Assembly: GCA_000503875.1 (NCBI GenBank)
Contig: CP006913.1
Location: 690,001-722,000 of the forward strand
Length of the DNA stretch: 32,000 bases
Direction of reading: 5' to 3'
Origin: Candidatus Saccharimonadota bacterium
GTDB lineage: Bacteria > Patescibacteriota > Gracilibacteria > Absconditabacterales > Absconditicoccaceae
Position 1 is the stretch's first letter. Each line of letters begins with the position of its first letter. This document shows positions 1 to 9,184 of the stretch, in pieces. The notes under the pieces were generated by a model. That model was given only the letters and a program-made list of their open reading frames with translations. It was not told the origin of the DNA and ran no database searches. The position numbers were made by a program, and so were the translations under genes.

Positions 1-2
1 CA

Positions 3-713
3 TTTATAATAAGTCTTATAGCTCTTATAGGAATTGTATTTCTAGGATTTCACCAAGAAAAACTCAAAAAAATTGTTATTTACCTAGTAAGTTTTTCTGC
101 AGGAGCTTTGTTATGAGACGTATTTATTCATCTTTTACCAGAAATCGCAGAAAATGGTTTTTCTCTTCAAACATCTTTATTTGTTTTGGGAGGAATTTTG
201 TTTTGACTTATCACCGAAAAAATAATCCATCGAAATCACTGTCATATGCCAATAACAAAGCATCACGTCCATCATTTTGCAGTTATGAATTTAGTAGGAG
301 ATTTTGTTCACAATATCATAGATGGACTGATAATTTGAGCTAGTTATTTGATAAGTATTCCCGTAGGAATAGCGACTACCCTAGCGGTTCTTCTTCATGA
401 AATACCACAAGAAATCGGAGATTTCTGAGTATTAATTCACGGAGGAATGTCCAAAAAAAGAGCGTTATTTTTAAACTTTCTTACAGGATTAAGCGCTATA
501 ATATGAGTAATTATTGCTCTATTGATTAATGACTATACAAACAATATTACATCATTTCTTATTCCATTTGCAGCAGGATCATTTATTTATATTGCAGGAT
601 CAGATTTAATTCCTGAACTTCACAAAGAAAATAAATTCTGACAAGCTTCATTACAAATCATCGCATTTACAATGGGAATTGGAATTATGTTACTTCTACT
701 TTTAGGAGAATAA
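3..713 (+). CDS. zupT: ZIP/ZupT-family divalent-metal transporter (5' end outside window)
   Basis: Frame 3 read with UGA=Gly is open from base 3 to TAA 711-713. It gives LLGDVFIHLLPE, HNIIDGLIIGASY and LLHEIPQEIGDFGVLIHGG, the His-rich signature helices of ZIP permeases. Six in-frame TGA codons fall at Gly-compatible positions. Track ORF 113..343 is an out-of-frame artefact. Confidence 0.8.
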
Positions 714-716
714 AAA

Positions 717-746
717 AATCCTGCTTCATTATACATAAGCAGGATT
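717..746 (-). terminator. Intrinsic terminator hairpin between convergent genes (strongest on the minus strand)
   Basis: AATCCTGCTT-N10-AAGCAGGATT forms a perfect 10-bp stem. Read on the minus strand, a run of 7 T (plus-strand A run 712-718) follows it directly. On the plus strand only a weak T tract follows. Confidence 0.75.
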
Positions 747-1243
747 CATTCTTTAGATGTATTAATTCGACGTATTCTCTTTTTTATATAACGAATAAAT
801 ATATTAACAAAACCAAAGAGAAGTACACCAATAAATGCAATTATAGCCCCATTCTTAATATTTTCTGGAGTTATTCTATCTCTATACCAAAAGAGAAATA
901 ATCTAGCTACGTAAAAAAGGTAAATTGAAAAGAAAATAGCTAAACCATCTGCCAAAAGATATATCCAAAATAACGATTTCACAGAAATAAATTTAAAAAA
1001 AGCACGTACGGTCTGAGATTTTCTAAATCGGATCTGTGCCCACATAAGAAGACCAAAACCTACAATTACAAATTCAAAAAATATACTCAAAAACCGAACC
1101 CATTTTGTTGTTTCTAAATCAATTTTTCCCAATCGATACTCTGCAAAAAAAGCAAGAGAGTTAATAATGAAAAATATCAACAAAAGAAAAATAATAGATA
1201 ACTTAGAAAACAAAAACAATTTTAGTTTCTTTAGCTGTTTCAT
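746..1243 (-). CDS. Hypothetical multi-pass membrane protein (ORF closes on TGA; see findings)
   Basis: ATG-initiated 165-codon ORF with several long hydrophobic segments, a K/R-rich tail and no internal TGA. The only nearby stop is TGA 746-748. Under code 25 the frame stays open to TAA 587-589, antisense to the ZIP gene. Confidence 0.6.
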   Translation of the reverse strand: MKQLKKLKLFLFSKLSIIFLLLIFFIINSLAFFAEYRLGKIDLETTKWVRFLSIFFEFVIVGFGLLMWAQIRFRKSQTVRAFFKFISVKSLFWIYLLADGLAIFFSIYLFYVARLFLFWYRDRITPENIKNGAIIAFIGVLLFGFVNIFIRYIKKRIRRINTSKE

Positions 1244-1420
1244 ATTTTATATATTTTTATTTATACAATAAGCATATATATTTACAAATCAAAATCAACA
1301 GAAGTCAATTAATCTGACTTTCCCTTTCTTTTTGAAAGAAAAACCATAGAAATTACGAAGCCCTATAAAAGGGCAAAATTCTATAAAGAATAAAAAACAA
1401 TTTTATACTTACAAAAAAAT

Positions 1421-2893
1421 ATGCAATTTTATGACGAAGTCAAAATAACGGTACAATCAGGAAAAGGATGAGATGGTATCTCTACATGAAGAAGAGAAAA
1501 ATGAGTAGCTTTTGGATGACCAGCCGGTGGAAACGGTGGAAAAGGATGATCAATTATTTTCAAAGCATCAAAAGATGAGAATACTTTGTTGGCATATAGA
1601 TTTAGAAAAATTTTCAAAGCAAAACCAGGCTTTCCAGGAAGATCCAAAGATCAATATTGAGCTAATGCAGAAGATATTATTCTTTCTGTACCTATTGGAA
1701 CATTAATAAAAAACAGTGCTGGACAAGCACTTCATGTTTTTAAAAAAGATCAAGAAGAACGAACGGTATTAAAAGGTTGAGAATGAGGTGTTGGAAATAT
1801 GCATTTCAAAGATTCTATTCATCAATATCCAGATTTTTTCCTTATGGGAGAACCTGGACAAGAAAAAGAAATTACATTAGAATTACAACTTTTGGCAGAT
1901 GTAGCATTGATTGGAAGTCCTAGCGTAGGAAAATCTTCGATCATCAATACTATTTCTCACGCAAAAGCAAAAGTTGCTGATTATCCATTTACGACATTGA
2001 TTCCAAATCTTGGATGTGTACAAGCCGATGATCTCACATTTAATGTTATCGATATTCCAGGACTTATAAAAGGTGCAGCTGATGGAAAATGACTAGGAAA
2101 CGCTTTTCTAAGACACGTTCTCAAAGCAAAAATATTTTGTTTGGTGAGTGATTGTGCAAGATATGAAACAGGTGTTCAAGAAATTATAGATATTTTTGAT
2201 GAAATCATCACCTATATAGAAGACAAATTCGAGAATCCGACAATAACTATTGAAGAAGACAAAGGTATGGTAACTCTTTTTGCAAAACAAAATGACGAAA
2301 CTATTTTGGAAAAAAGACTAATTTTTCTTATCAACAAATTTGACCTCATCAACGATGAAGACATTTTAAACGAAGAAATGCACTTACTTCATAAAAACAT
2401 TTTAACGTATTTCAAAACAAAAAAACTCTCAAAAAAAATATCAAAAACGCTTTTGGAAAAATATACCTTTTTTGTTTCTGCAGCGACACATCATGGTATT
2501 GATCAACGAATGGAAAATATGATTCCTATGCTCAAAAATACCAAAGACGAAGAAGTATATCATATTCCAGAGCATACTATCGAAGAAAAGGGTAATGAAC
2601 AAATAAATGTCAGAAATATTTCTAAAGAAGAAAAAGAACACCTAATAGATGAATGATATATTGAAGAAACTCAATGAAAATACTCAGAAATACGAGAAAT
2701 ATATGACGAAGAACTTTGTAAATTAGTATGGATGATTCCTTGGGGAAATGAGGAGGCAGAACAACGATTTCGATGAATTTTGGAACACAAAGGAATTCTT
2801 CAAATTTTTGATACTCATGGAATTAGAAAAGGTGATGTACTCAAGATCAAGAGTTATTACGAAAACAAAGACGATAGATACATTTTATATTAA
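1421..2893 (+). CDS. obg: GTPase Obg
   Basis: Track ORFs 1799..2092 and 2141..2656 lie in one frame and join through in-frame TGA codons. The product has N-terminus [19 protein letters not shown] and Obg-fold glycine motifs [12 protein letters not shown] and KGGEGGVGN (TGA at 1778 and 1784). It also has G1 [10 protein letters not shown]3 DIPG, G4 NKFD and a C-terminal OCT-like domain ([10 protein letters not shown]). Stop is TAA 2891-2893. Confidence 0.93.
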
Positions 2894-2902
2894 TAGAAAC
2901 GT

Positions 2903-3349
2903 ATGTTTGCTATTCTTTCTATATCTGACAGTGATAAACATCGAAATACAGCAATCCAAGAATATGAAAAAAGACTTGGAAAAATGCTTTGTATAGAAAA
3001 CATTAAACCTGCAAAAAATGGGACACACGAACAGATAATACAAAAGGATACCGAAAATATTATTCAGATTCTTGAAAAAAAATATCAACAACATTATAAA
3101 ATTCTGATGTCAAAAGACGGCAAACTCACTAACACCGAAGAACTCGAAAAAACAATTCATAACCACAATCACGTAGTATTTATCATTGGATGACCTTATG
3201 GGTTACACGAAAATCAGCTTGATTCAATAATAAATGAAAAAATAGCGTTCGGTAAAATAACCCTTCCACACTGATTAGCAAAACTCACTCTAGCCGAACA
3301 GATTTACAGATGTGAAACAATCAGAAGCGGAAAATCTTATCATTATTAA
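2903..3349 (+). CDS. rlmH: 23S rRNA (pseudouridine1915-N3)-methyltransferase RlmH (SPOUT)
   Basis: Track ORF 2903..3193 extends through two TGA codons. The C-terminus VVFIIGGPYGL...ITLPHGLAKLTLAEQIYRCETIRSGKSYH matches the RlmH signature. Stop is TAA 3347-3349. Confidence 0.85.
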
Positions 3350-3371
3350 TGTTTATTACATACATATATCA

Positions 3372-3752
3372 ATGAAAACAATTTTAGTTGATGCTCGAAA
3401 TACTTTCGTCACAGAAAAATGAATATTTCTAGAAATGGAAGAGTTGCTAGATACTTTTTCAAACACAAAAATAATTGTAACAAACGCTAATGACGAACAA
3501 ATGAAAACATTTGGATTAATAGATATGCCGTATGAGATTTTCACTCTTAAACATAATCCTGACAAAATAGACCCAGTATACTTTGAAACACTACTCAAAC
3601 AATATCAATTAACAGCAAATGAAGTAATTTATTTTGAACACAATATAGACGCTGTAACTAGCGCAGAATCATTAGGAATAGTATCATTTCACTACGACAA
3701 AGATAAGAAAGATATAAAATCACTCAAAGAATTCCTAGAAAAAAATATCTAA
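3372..3752 (+). CDS. Small HAD-superfamily-like hydrolase (degenerate motif I)
   Basis: ATG 3372, with one in-frame TGA before track ORF 3435..3752. The product (126 aa) begins MKTILVDARNTF, a DxDxT-like motif that lacks the second Asp. The fold assignment is weak. Confidence 0.4.
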
Positions 3753-3848
3753 CCCTTACAGACTAAATATATGAATTGAGCAATAAAAAGAACAAACAAA
3801 AGAAGGAAATAATCACAAAATCAACATCATTCGTAGTCAATAATAAAA

Positions 3849-3934
3849 GTGAGCGCTTGTATTTTTAGGTAAAGAAAATACATGGAGTCGAATTTGTTTG
3901 TGTTTTCTACCGTTAAGAAAATACAATAGCTCAC
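3849..3934 (+). repeat. Structured intergenic repeat, copy 1 of 3
   Basis: GTGAGCGCTTGTATTTT...AAAATACAATAGCTCAC inverted arms enclose the core ACATGGAGTCGAATTTGTTTGTGTTTTCTACCGTTAAGAAAATA. Related copies lie at 9181-9314 and 22902-23045. Confidence 0.7.
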
Positions 3935-3946
3935 GAGGGGTTTTTG

Positions 3947-3977
3947 GTTACTTTTTGACCCGGTAGCAAAAAGTAAC
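3947..3977 (+). other. Perfect 11-bp stem-loop next to repeat copy 1
   Basis: GTTACTTTTTG-ACCCGGTAG-CAAAAAGTAAC. The loop and 3' arm resemble the CCGTNAG(A/C)AAAA submotif found inside the repeat family. Confidence 0.5.
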
Positions 3978-4050
3978 ATAGAAAGAATACTCAAAAAGCA
4001 TCCTAATAGAGCGATTTAAAAAATATTTATATATCATGTTTTAAAAACAG

Positions 4051-5583
4051 ATGTTCAACCTTCAATCCAGTTATAGTCCAGCCGGAGATCAACCAAAAGC
4101 AATCGCTGAAATTCAGCAAGCATTTTTGGATGGAAAAAAGAAAGTAACACTTTTGGGAGCAACAGGAACAGGAAAAACATTTACTATGGCAAATATAATT
4201 GAACACGTGGGCAAACCAACCTTAGTAATTTCTCACAACAAGACACTCGCTGCCCAACTTGCTACCGAATTCAAACATTTTTTCCCAAATAACGCGGTAC
4301 ATTATTTCGTTTCCTACTTCGATTATTACCAACCAGAAAGCTATCTTCCTGCACAAGGATTGTACATCGAAAAAGAAGCAACTATCAATCAAGAAATAGA
4401 AATGTATAGACTTGGAGCGATGTCCTCATTGCTTAGTAGAGATGATGTGATCATCGTTGCATCGGCTTCATCGCTCTATGGATTGGGGCAAAAAGATCAT
4501 TTCAAAGAAAGTACTATTTATCTTCAAGCAGGAAAAACCTATCAAAGAGAAGACATCAAAAGACAACTTCTTAAAATACAATATAAACCCATTCAAGGCA
4601 AAATAGAACATGGAATGTTTGAAATCCAAGGAGAAAGAATCGATATATTTTCTAGTACAGAAAAAGATTTATACAGACTTCATTTCAACGAAGATATTTT
4701 AGAATTTATAGAAATAAGAGACGCTACCACGTTTGAATATAAAGGAAAAAGAGAATATATCCGAATTTGGCCAGCAACACAATTTTTACAAAATACAGAA
4801 GACTTAGCAAATATTATCCAAAGTATGGACCAAGAAAAAGAAGTGAGAGTCAAAGAGTTCCTAGATGCCAAGATGCCAATTGAAGCAGAAAGAATCAAAA
4901 AAAGAGTTGAATATGATATCAGAATGATGAGAGAAACAGGGTTTGTAAACGGAATAGAAAACTATTCCCTCTATTTTGATAAAAGAGAAACAGGCGAAGT
5001 ACCAAATACAATTTTTGATTATTTTCCTGATGATTTCTTGTTGATTATCGATGAATCCCATATGACTATTCCTCAGCTACAAGCAATGCCTGCAGGGGAC
5101 AAAGCAAGAAAGACAAACCTCGTAAAATACGGATTTCGCCTCCCCTCTGCCCTTGATCACAGACCATTAAATTTTCCAGAACTAGAATGTAAAGTCGGTC
5201 GAACAGGCTATACAGCAAAGATAAAAAAAGATATAGACAGCATGCCAGAGACCGACAGCAAGACATACAAGCGACTAGAAAAACATCTAGGAAAATATGA
5301 CAGAGAATTCCTTCCGACAAAAAAAGATGCAAAAACAATTTTCCTATCAGCAACACCAGCACAATACGAACTCATTACTAGCGAACAAATCATCGAACAA
5401 ATTATTAGACCAACAGGACTTCTAGATCCTATCACCTATGTGTATCCAAAATCAGGAGACTATAATATGTTGGAATCAAGCATAGAAACCCTTACCAAGA
5501 AAAAGCCTCATTTAGAAGAATTTTTGGATGGATACACCCTCAAAGAAGCAGTAGAAGAAGTATTTTTAGAAAAAGACGAGTAA
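4051..5583 (+). CDS. uvrB: UvrB excinuclease subunit, C-terminally truncated (ends inside helicase domain 3)
   Basis: 510-aa ORF containing SYSPAGDQP, Walker A GATGTGKT, the beta-hairpin region YFVSYFDYYQPESY, DESH, GFRLPSALDHRPL, LSATPAQYEL and IIRPTGLLDP. It stops at TAA 5581-5583 shortly after TLTKKKPHLEEFL. Helicase motifs IV-VI and the C-terminal UVR domain are absent. It has no in-frame TGA. Confidence 0.85.
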   Translation: MFNLQSSYSPAGDQPKAIAEIQQAFLDGKKKVTLLGATGTGKTFTMANIIEHVGKPTLVISHNKTLAAQLATEFKHFFPNNAVHYFVSYFDYYQPESYLPAQGLYIEKEATINQEIEMYRLGAMSSLLSRDDVIIVASASSLYGLGQKDHFKESTIYLQAGKTYQREDIKRQLLKIQYKPIQGKIEHGMFEIQGERIDIFSSTEKDLYRLHFNEDILEFIEIRDATTFEYKGKREYIRIWPATQFLQNTEDLANIIQSMDQEKEVRVKEFLDAKMPIEAERIKKRVEYDIRMMRETGFVNGIENYSLYFDKRETGEVPNTIFDYFPDDFLLIIDESHMTIPQLQAMPAGDKARKTNLVKYGFRLPSALDHRPLNFPELECKVGRTGYTAKIKKDIDSMPETDSKTYKRLEKHLGKYDREFLPTKKDAKTIFLSATPAQYELITSEQIIEQIIRPTGLLDPITYVYPKSGDYNMLESSIETLTKKKPHLEEFLDGYTLKEAVEEVFLEKDE

Positions 5584-5644
5584 AATTTGCGTAAATAAGT
5601 ATTCCATATATAATTATGTAGAACATTGTTTTAATTACTACAGT

Positions 5645-6370
5645 ATGGCAATGCATCGTTCATTAGATAGTATATTACCTCAAAACGAAAGAAAAGAAAT
5701 TTCTTGATTTTTTCATACCCAAAACAAAGAGTTAGAAACTCTACGAAATGAGCTAATAAATTCCATAGAAACAAATTTACTATGGTCAATAATTATGGAA
5801 ACCAAAGAAAAATGAATAGAAAAATTTAATGAAATAATAGAAAAATATCATTACAATAAACATTCTCGTATAGCAAGCAAAATCAAAAGAATAACCAAAG
5901 CTATTTTATGCTTCTATAAAAAAGAAAAAACAAGAAAAGACACTTCAGACAATATAAAACATACATTTAATGAAAAATTAAACAAAGATAAAGCAGAAAA
6001 AATTAAACAAGAAAAAATTAAACAAGAAAGAATTAAACAAGAAAGAATTAAACAAGAAAGAATTAAACAAGAAAGAATTGAACAAAAAAGAGTTAAACAA
6101 GAAAAAATAATTGTATGAATGCATATCAAAACTTATCTAGATGCAAAAGACAATAGACCATTCTGAATATTTAAAACATATTTTCTAGAAAACAATAAAG
6201 AATGATGGAATTTTCACGAAAGCGCAGACTATGCTATTAAAAAAGTTTGTGAAATATATCGCAGAGAAAACAATGAAGAAATACAAGAATTATTTAAAGA
6301 TCGAGCACGAGGGAATCCTTATTTGAAAGAGGAAATAGAAGAAGACACAAATAATTTAATCAATAAATAA
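5645..6370 (+). CDS. Hypothetical K/E-rich protein with tandem IKQER repeats
   Basis: ATG 5645 to TAA 6368-6370, 241 aa with 5 in-frame TGA codons. No recognisable domain. Seven 15-bp in-frame repeats sit in the centre. Confidence 0.55.
6002..6106 (+). repeat. 7 x 15-bp tandem repeat (ATTAAACAAGAAAGA), in-frame coding
   Basis: Direct reading gives four perfect central units and three slightly diverged outer units, which encode (IKQE[K/R])n. Track ORF 5914..6129(-) is its antisense shadow. Confidence 0.9.
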
Positions 6371-6374
6371 CTTT

Positions 6375-7232
6375 ATGGAAAAACAAAAATTATTGGAATT
6401 TATACAAACAAATAAACCCGTTGTGCTTCTTGCGCCAAGTTTTCCTATAGACTTCAGCTATCCAGAAATTATTTCTATTCTTAAATGATTATGATGTGCA
6501 AAGGTTGTAGAGCTTACCTATGCAGCAAAGCTTATCAATAAACAATATCACGAGCATCTCAAAAATCATCCAGAACAACAACGAATATGTAGTAATTGTC
6601 CAACAATAGTCCAATATATCAAAAATAAATTTCCTGAGCACAAAGATAAACTTATGCCAATCGCTTCACCGATGATTATTATGAGCAGATTTATCAAAAA
6701 AGATTATGGTCCAGAAACAAAGACATTATTTATTTGACCTTGTTTAGCAAAAAAGATAGAAGCAAAAATGACAGGAGAGGTAGACGAAGCGATTACTTTC
6801 AAAGAATTACAAGAATTAATTGAATATACAAAAATTCAAAGAACAGAGATTGATACAACAAAAAAATCAGATTTTAATGATTATTATAGTAATTATACAA
6901 AAATCTATCCGCTTGCCGGAGCTGTTGCTCAAACCATCAATTATAAAGATATTCTCAAAGAAGAACAAATTATCATATGCGATGGGATTCCAGAAACAAA
7001 CGAAGCTATCAAAAAAATGGAAAATGATACAAACATAAAATTTGTAGATCCACTATCTTGTTTATGAGGATGTATATGATGACCTGGAATAATTTCCAAA
7101 GAAACCACAGAAATCAAAATACAAAAAATAAAAGCATACCAAGAAGAAATGAAGAAAAAAGCAAAACAATGAGCTCATATAGGAAAACTAGAATATGGAC
7201 AATGATTAAATTACAAGAATACATTTATATAA
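6375..7232 (+). CDS. [FeFe]-hydrogenase large-subunit C-terminal (H-cluster) domain-like protein, stand-alone
   Basis: ATG 6375 joins track ORF 6768..7067 and continues to TAA 7230-7232. The product carries CSNCPTIVQYI, SPMIIMSRF, FIGPCLAKKIEA and DPLSCLGGCIGGPG. These resemble the three Cys-containing H-domain motifs. No N-terminal ferredoxin-like domains are present. Confidence 0.7.
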
Positions 7233-7291
7233 AAAAGTTAAATTTGATTTTATCAAACGTTTCGATAGTATTCTAGAGAGTACTTTTAGAA

Positions 7292-8644
7292 ATGTTTTTT
7301 TATTATATGGACTTCAAATTCTCATCTATTAATTTGTGATGTACAAAAAATCTAGTCGATACGCAATATCTCCTTGGTAAAATTTTTACTTTAACAGAAA
7401 AAGAACCTGGAATTCAGGCAAAATATTATAGTGATCCTTATGATAAAGAGGTAGATTTTGTTTTCCTTAATACCTGCGGATTTATTTCATCTGCCAGGGA
7501 TGAAGCAGCTCATACGCTTGAAAAACTTCTCGAAAAAAGAAAATCTGTCTATCTTTTGGGCTGTGCTGTCCAATATTACAAAGATATTAACAAAACGGAA
7601 AACCCACTTTTCGAGGGCAAAAAAAATGTATATACAATTTCTCGAAATGATTTTGAAAATATAAGTTTAAAGAAATTGCTTCAAGGATATAACAGCACAG
7701 ATTACAAAGATTTTGAATTCACGACAAGCCCCAGAGTATATACCAATATCGACCATAAATTTGAATATCTCAAAATAGCAGAATGATGTGATAACAACTG
7801 TAGTTTTTGTATTATTCCAAAAATCAGAGGAAAACAAAAATCACTTCCTATTGAAACCATTATTCAAGAAGCGAAAAATATGATAACAAACGGCATTGAA
7901 GAAATTATTCTCATCGCCCAAGACACCACAAGATACGGAACTGATCTCTATGGCAAACCAGCCTTATTTGAACTCCTCCAAGAAATAGACAAACTCAAAG
8001 GAAATTTCAAATTCAGATTATTATATTTATATCCAGATATTTTAACCTTGGATCACCTAAAGAAACTCACAACACTCAAGAAATTTCTCCCTTATTTTGA
8101 TATTCCTCTCCAACACATTAGCGCCCCTCTGCTCAAAAAAATGTGAAGATTTTACAATGAAGAAGCTGTATATCAATTTCTAGATTTTATCAAAAGCAAT
8201 TTTCCAAACGGATATATGAGAACCAATATTATTATAGGGTTTCCGGGAGAAACAGATGACGACCAGCAGAAACTCATTACTTTCCTCCAAAAAGATTATT
8301 TCGACAATATCGCACTCTTCGAATATCACGACGAACCCTATGCTGCATCAAGCAAATTACCAAATAAAATAGATGATACAACACTCAAACAAAGGTTTAT
8401 TCAAGCGGATGATATAGTAGACAAAATACTTACCAAAAAAGACCAGCAAAGAAAAGGAAAGTCTGAGATTGGTTACATTATGGACATTAAACAAAAGAAA
8501 GATAAAAATTTCGTGGAAGTAAGACCATCCATCCATTGCCCAGAAATAGACGCTTATGATACAATTAGTTTAGAACAAATCACCGGCGTAGAAAATAACA
8601 AAACTGAACTGGAAATTGGAGACAAGATTAGTTATATTGTGTAA
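7292..8644 (+). CDS. rimO: Ribosomal protein S12 methylthiotransferase RimO (MiaB-family radical SAM)
   Basis: Track ORFs 7556.., 7880.. and 8216..8644 share one frame. The product has UPF0004 LGCTKNLVDTQ...NTCGFI, the radical-SAM motif [31 protein letters not shown] and a C-terminal TRAM-like region. An alternative start is ATG 7307. Confidence 0.85.
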
Positions 8645-8671
8645 AACATTTTATATTTTAGAACAACCATC

Positions 8672-9184
8672 ATGAAAAACATTCTCTTCGTGATAGCCAA
8701 TAAAAAATTTCAAGACTTCGAATATCGTATTCCAAGAGAAATTTTAGAAAACGAATGACATCAAATAACTATTTGTGCAGAACATACAGGACTTTGTGTA
8801 GGTGTTTTTGACCATGAAACAACAGCAACAATTGCCCTCAAAGAAGCAAAAGGAGCAGATTACGATGCAATAATTTTTGTATGATGATGAGGTGCTTTAA
8901 GACAATATCAAAATCATCCAGAATATCTGCGTTTAGCAACTGAAGCGAAACTCCTCTGCGCAATTTGCATTGCACCATCTATTGTATCAGATAGCTGAGT
9001 ATTCAAAGGAAAACAAGTGACATGACGAGATGATGAAGAATGAACTTGGCAGCAATACATCGAAAACAACGGATGAATTTTTATCAAGAAAAACGTAGTC
9101 GTAGACGAAAACATCATTACTGCCAATGGCCCCCAATCTGCAACAGCCTTTGGAAATGAAATAGCGAATGCTCTGAGAAAATAA
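8672..9184 (+). CDS. DJ-1/PfpI-family protein
   Basis: The product has DAIIFVGGGGA, where three consecutive TGA codons (8882-8890) encode the glycine run. It also has the nucleophile-elbow-like LLCAICIAP. Stop is TAA 9182-9184. Confidence 0.8.

Noticed and set aside
113-1706. Track ORFs 113..343(+), 1429..1647(-) and 1512..1706(+).
   Set aside because: They are out of frame with or antisense to the ZIP and obg reading frames, which carry the recognisable motifs.
3880-3930. Short ATG-initiated peptides inside the three intergenic repeat copies (MESNLFVFSTVKKIQ, MKPICLYFLP, MEPVCL).
   Set aside because: Indels between copies shift the frame and change the length, and the peptides are not conserved. 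The conservation is at the nucleotide and structure level.
5584-5760. The possibility that the start of ORF 5645..6370 (MAMHRSLDSILPQNERKEI) is the decayed continuation of UvrB domain 3 (YLHS-ID-ER-EI).
   Set aside because: The resemblance covers only a handful of residues, with wrong spacing to the downstream NLL. That is too weak to call without a profile alignment.
6002-6106. A regular 15-bp repeat array that might be a CRISPR array.
   Set aside because: The units are contiguous with no spacers, are only 15 bp long and are in-frame coding. No cas genes are nearby.
5914-6129. Minus-strand ORF with a striking LSCLI repeat.
   Set aside because: It is the antisense shadow of the 15-bp tandem repeat inside the plus-strand gene 5645..6370. 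It has no independent start context or support.
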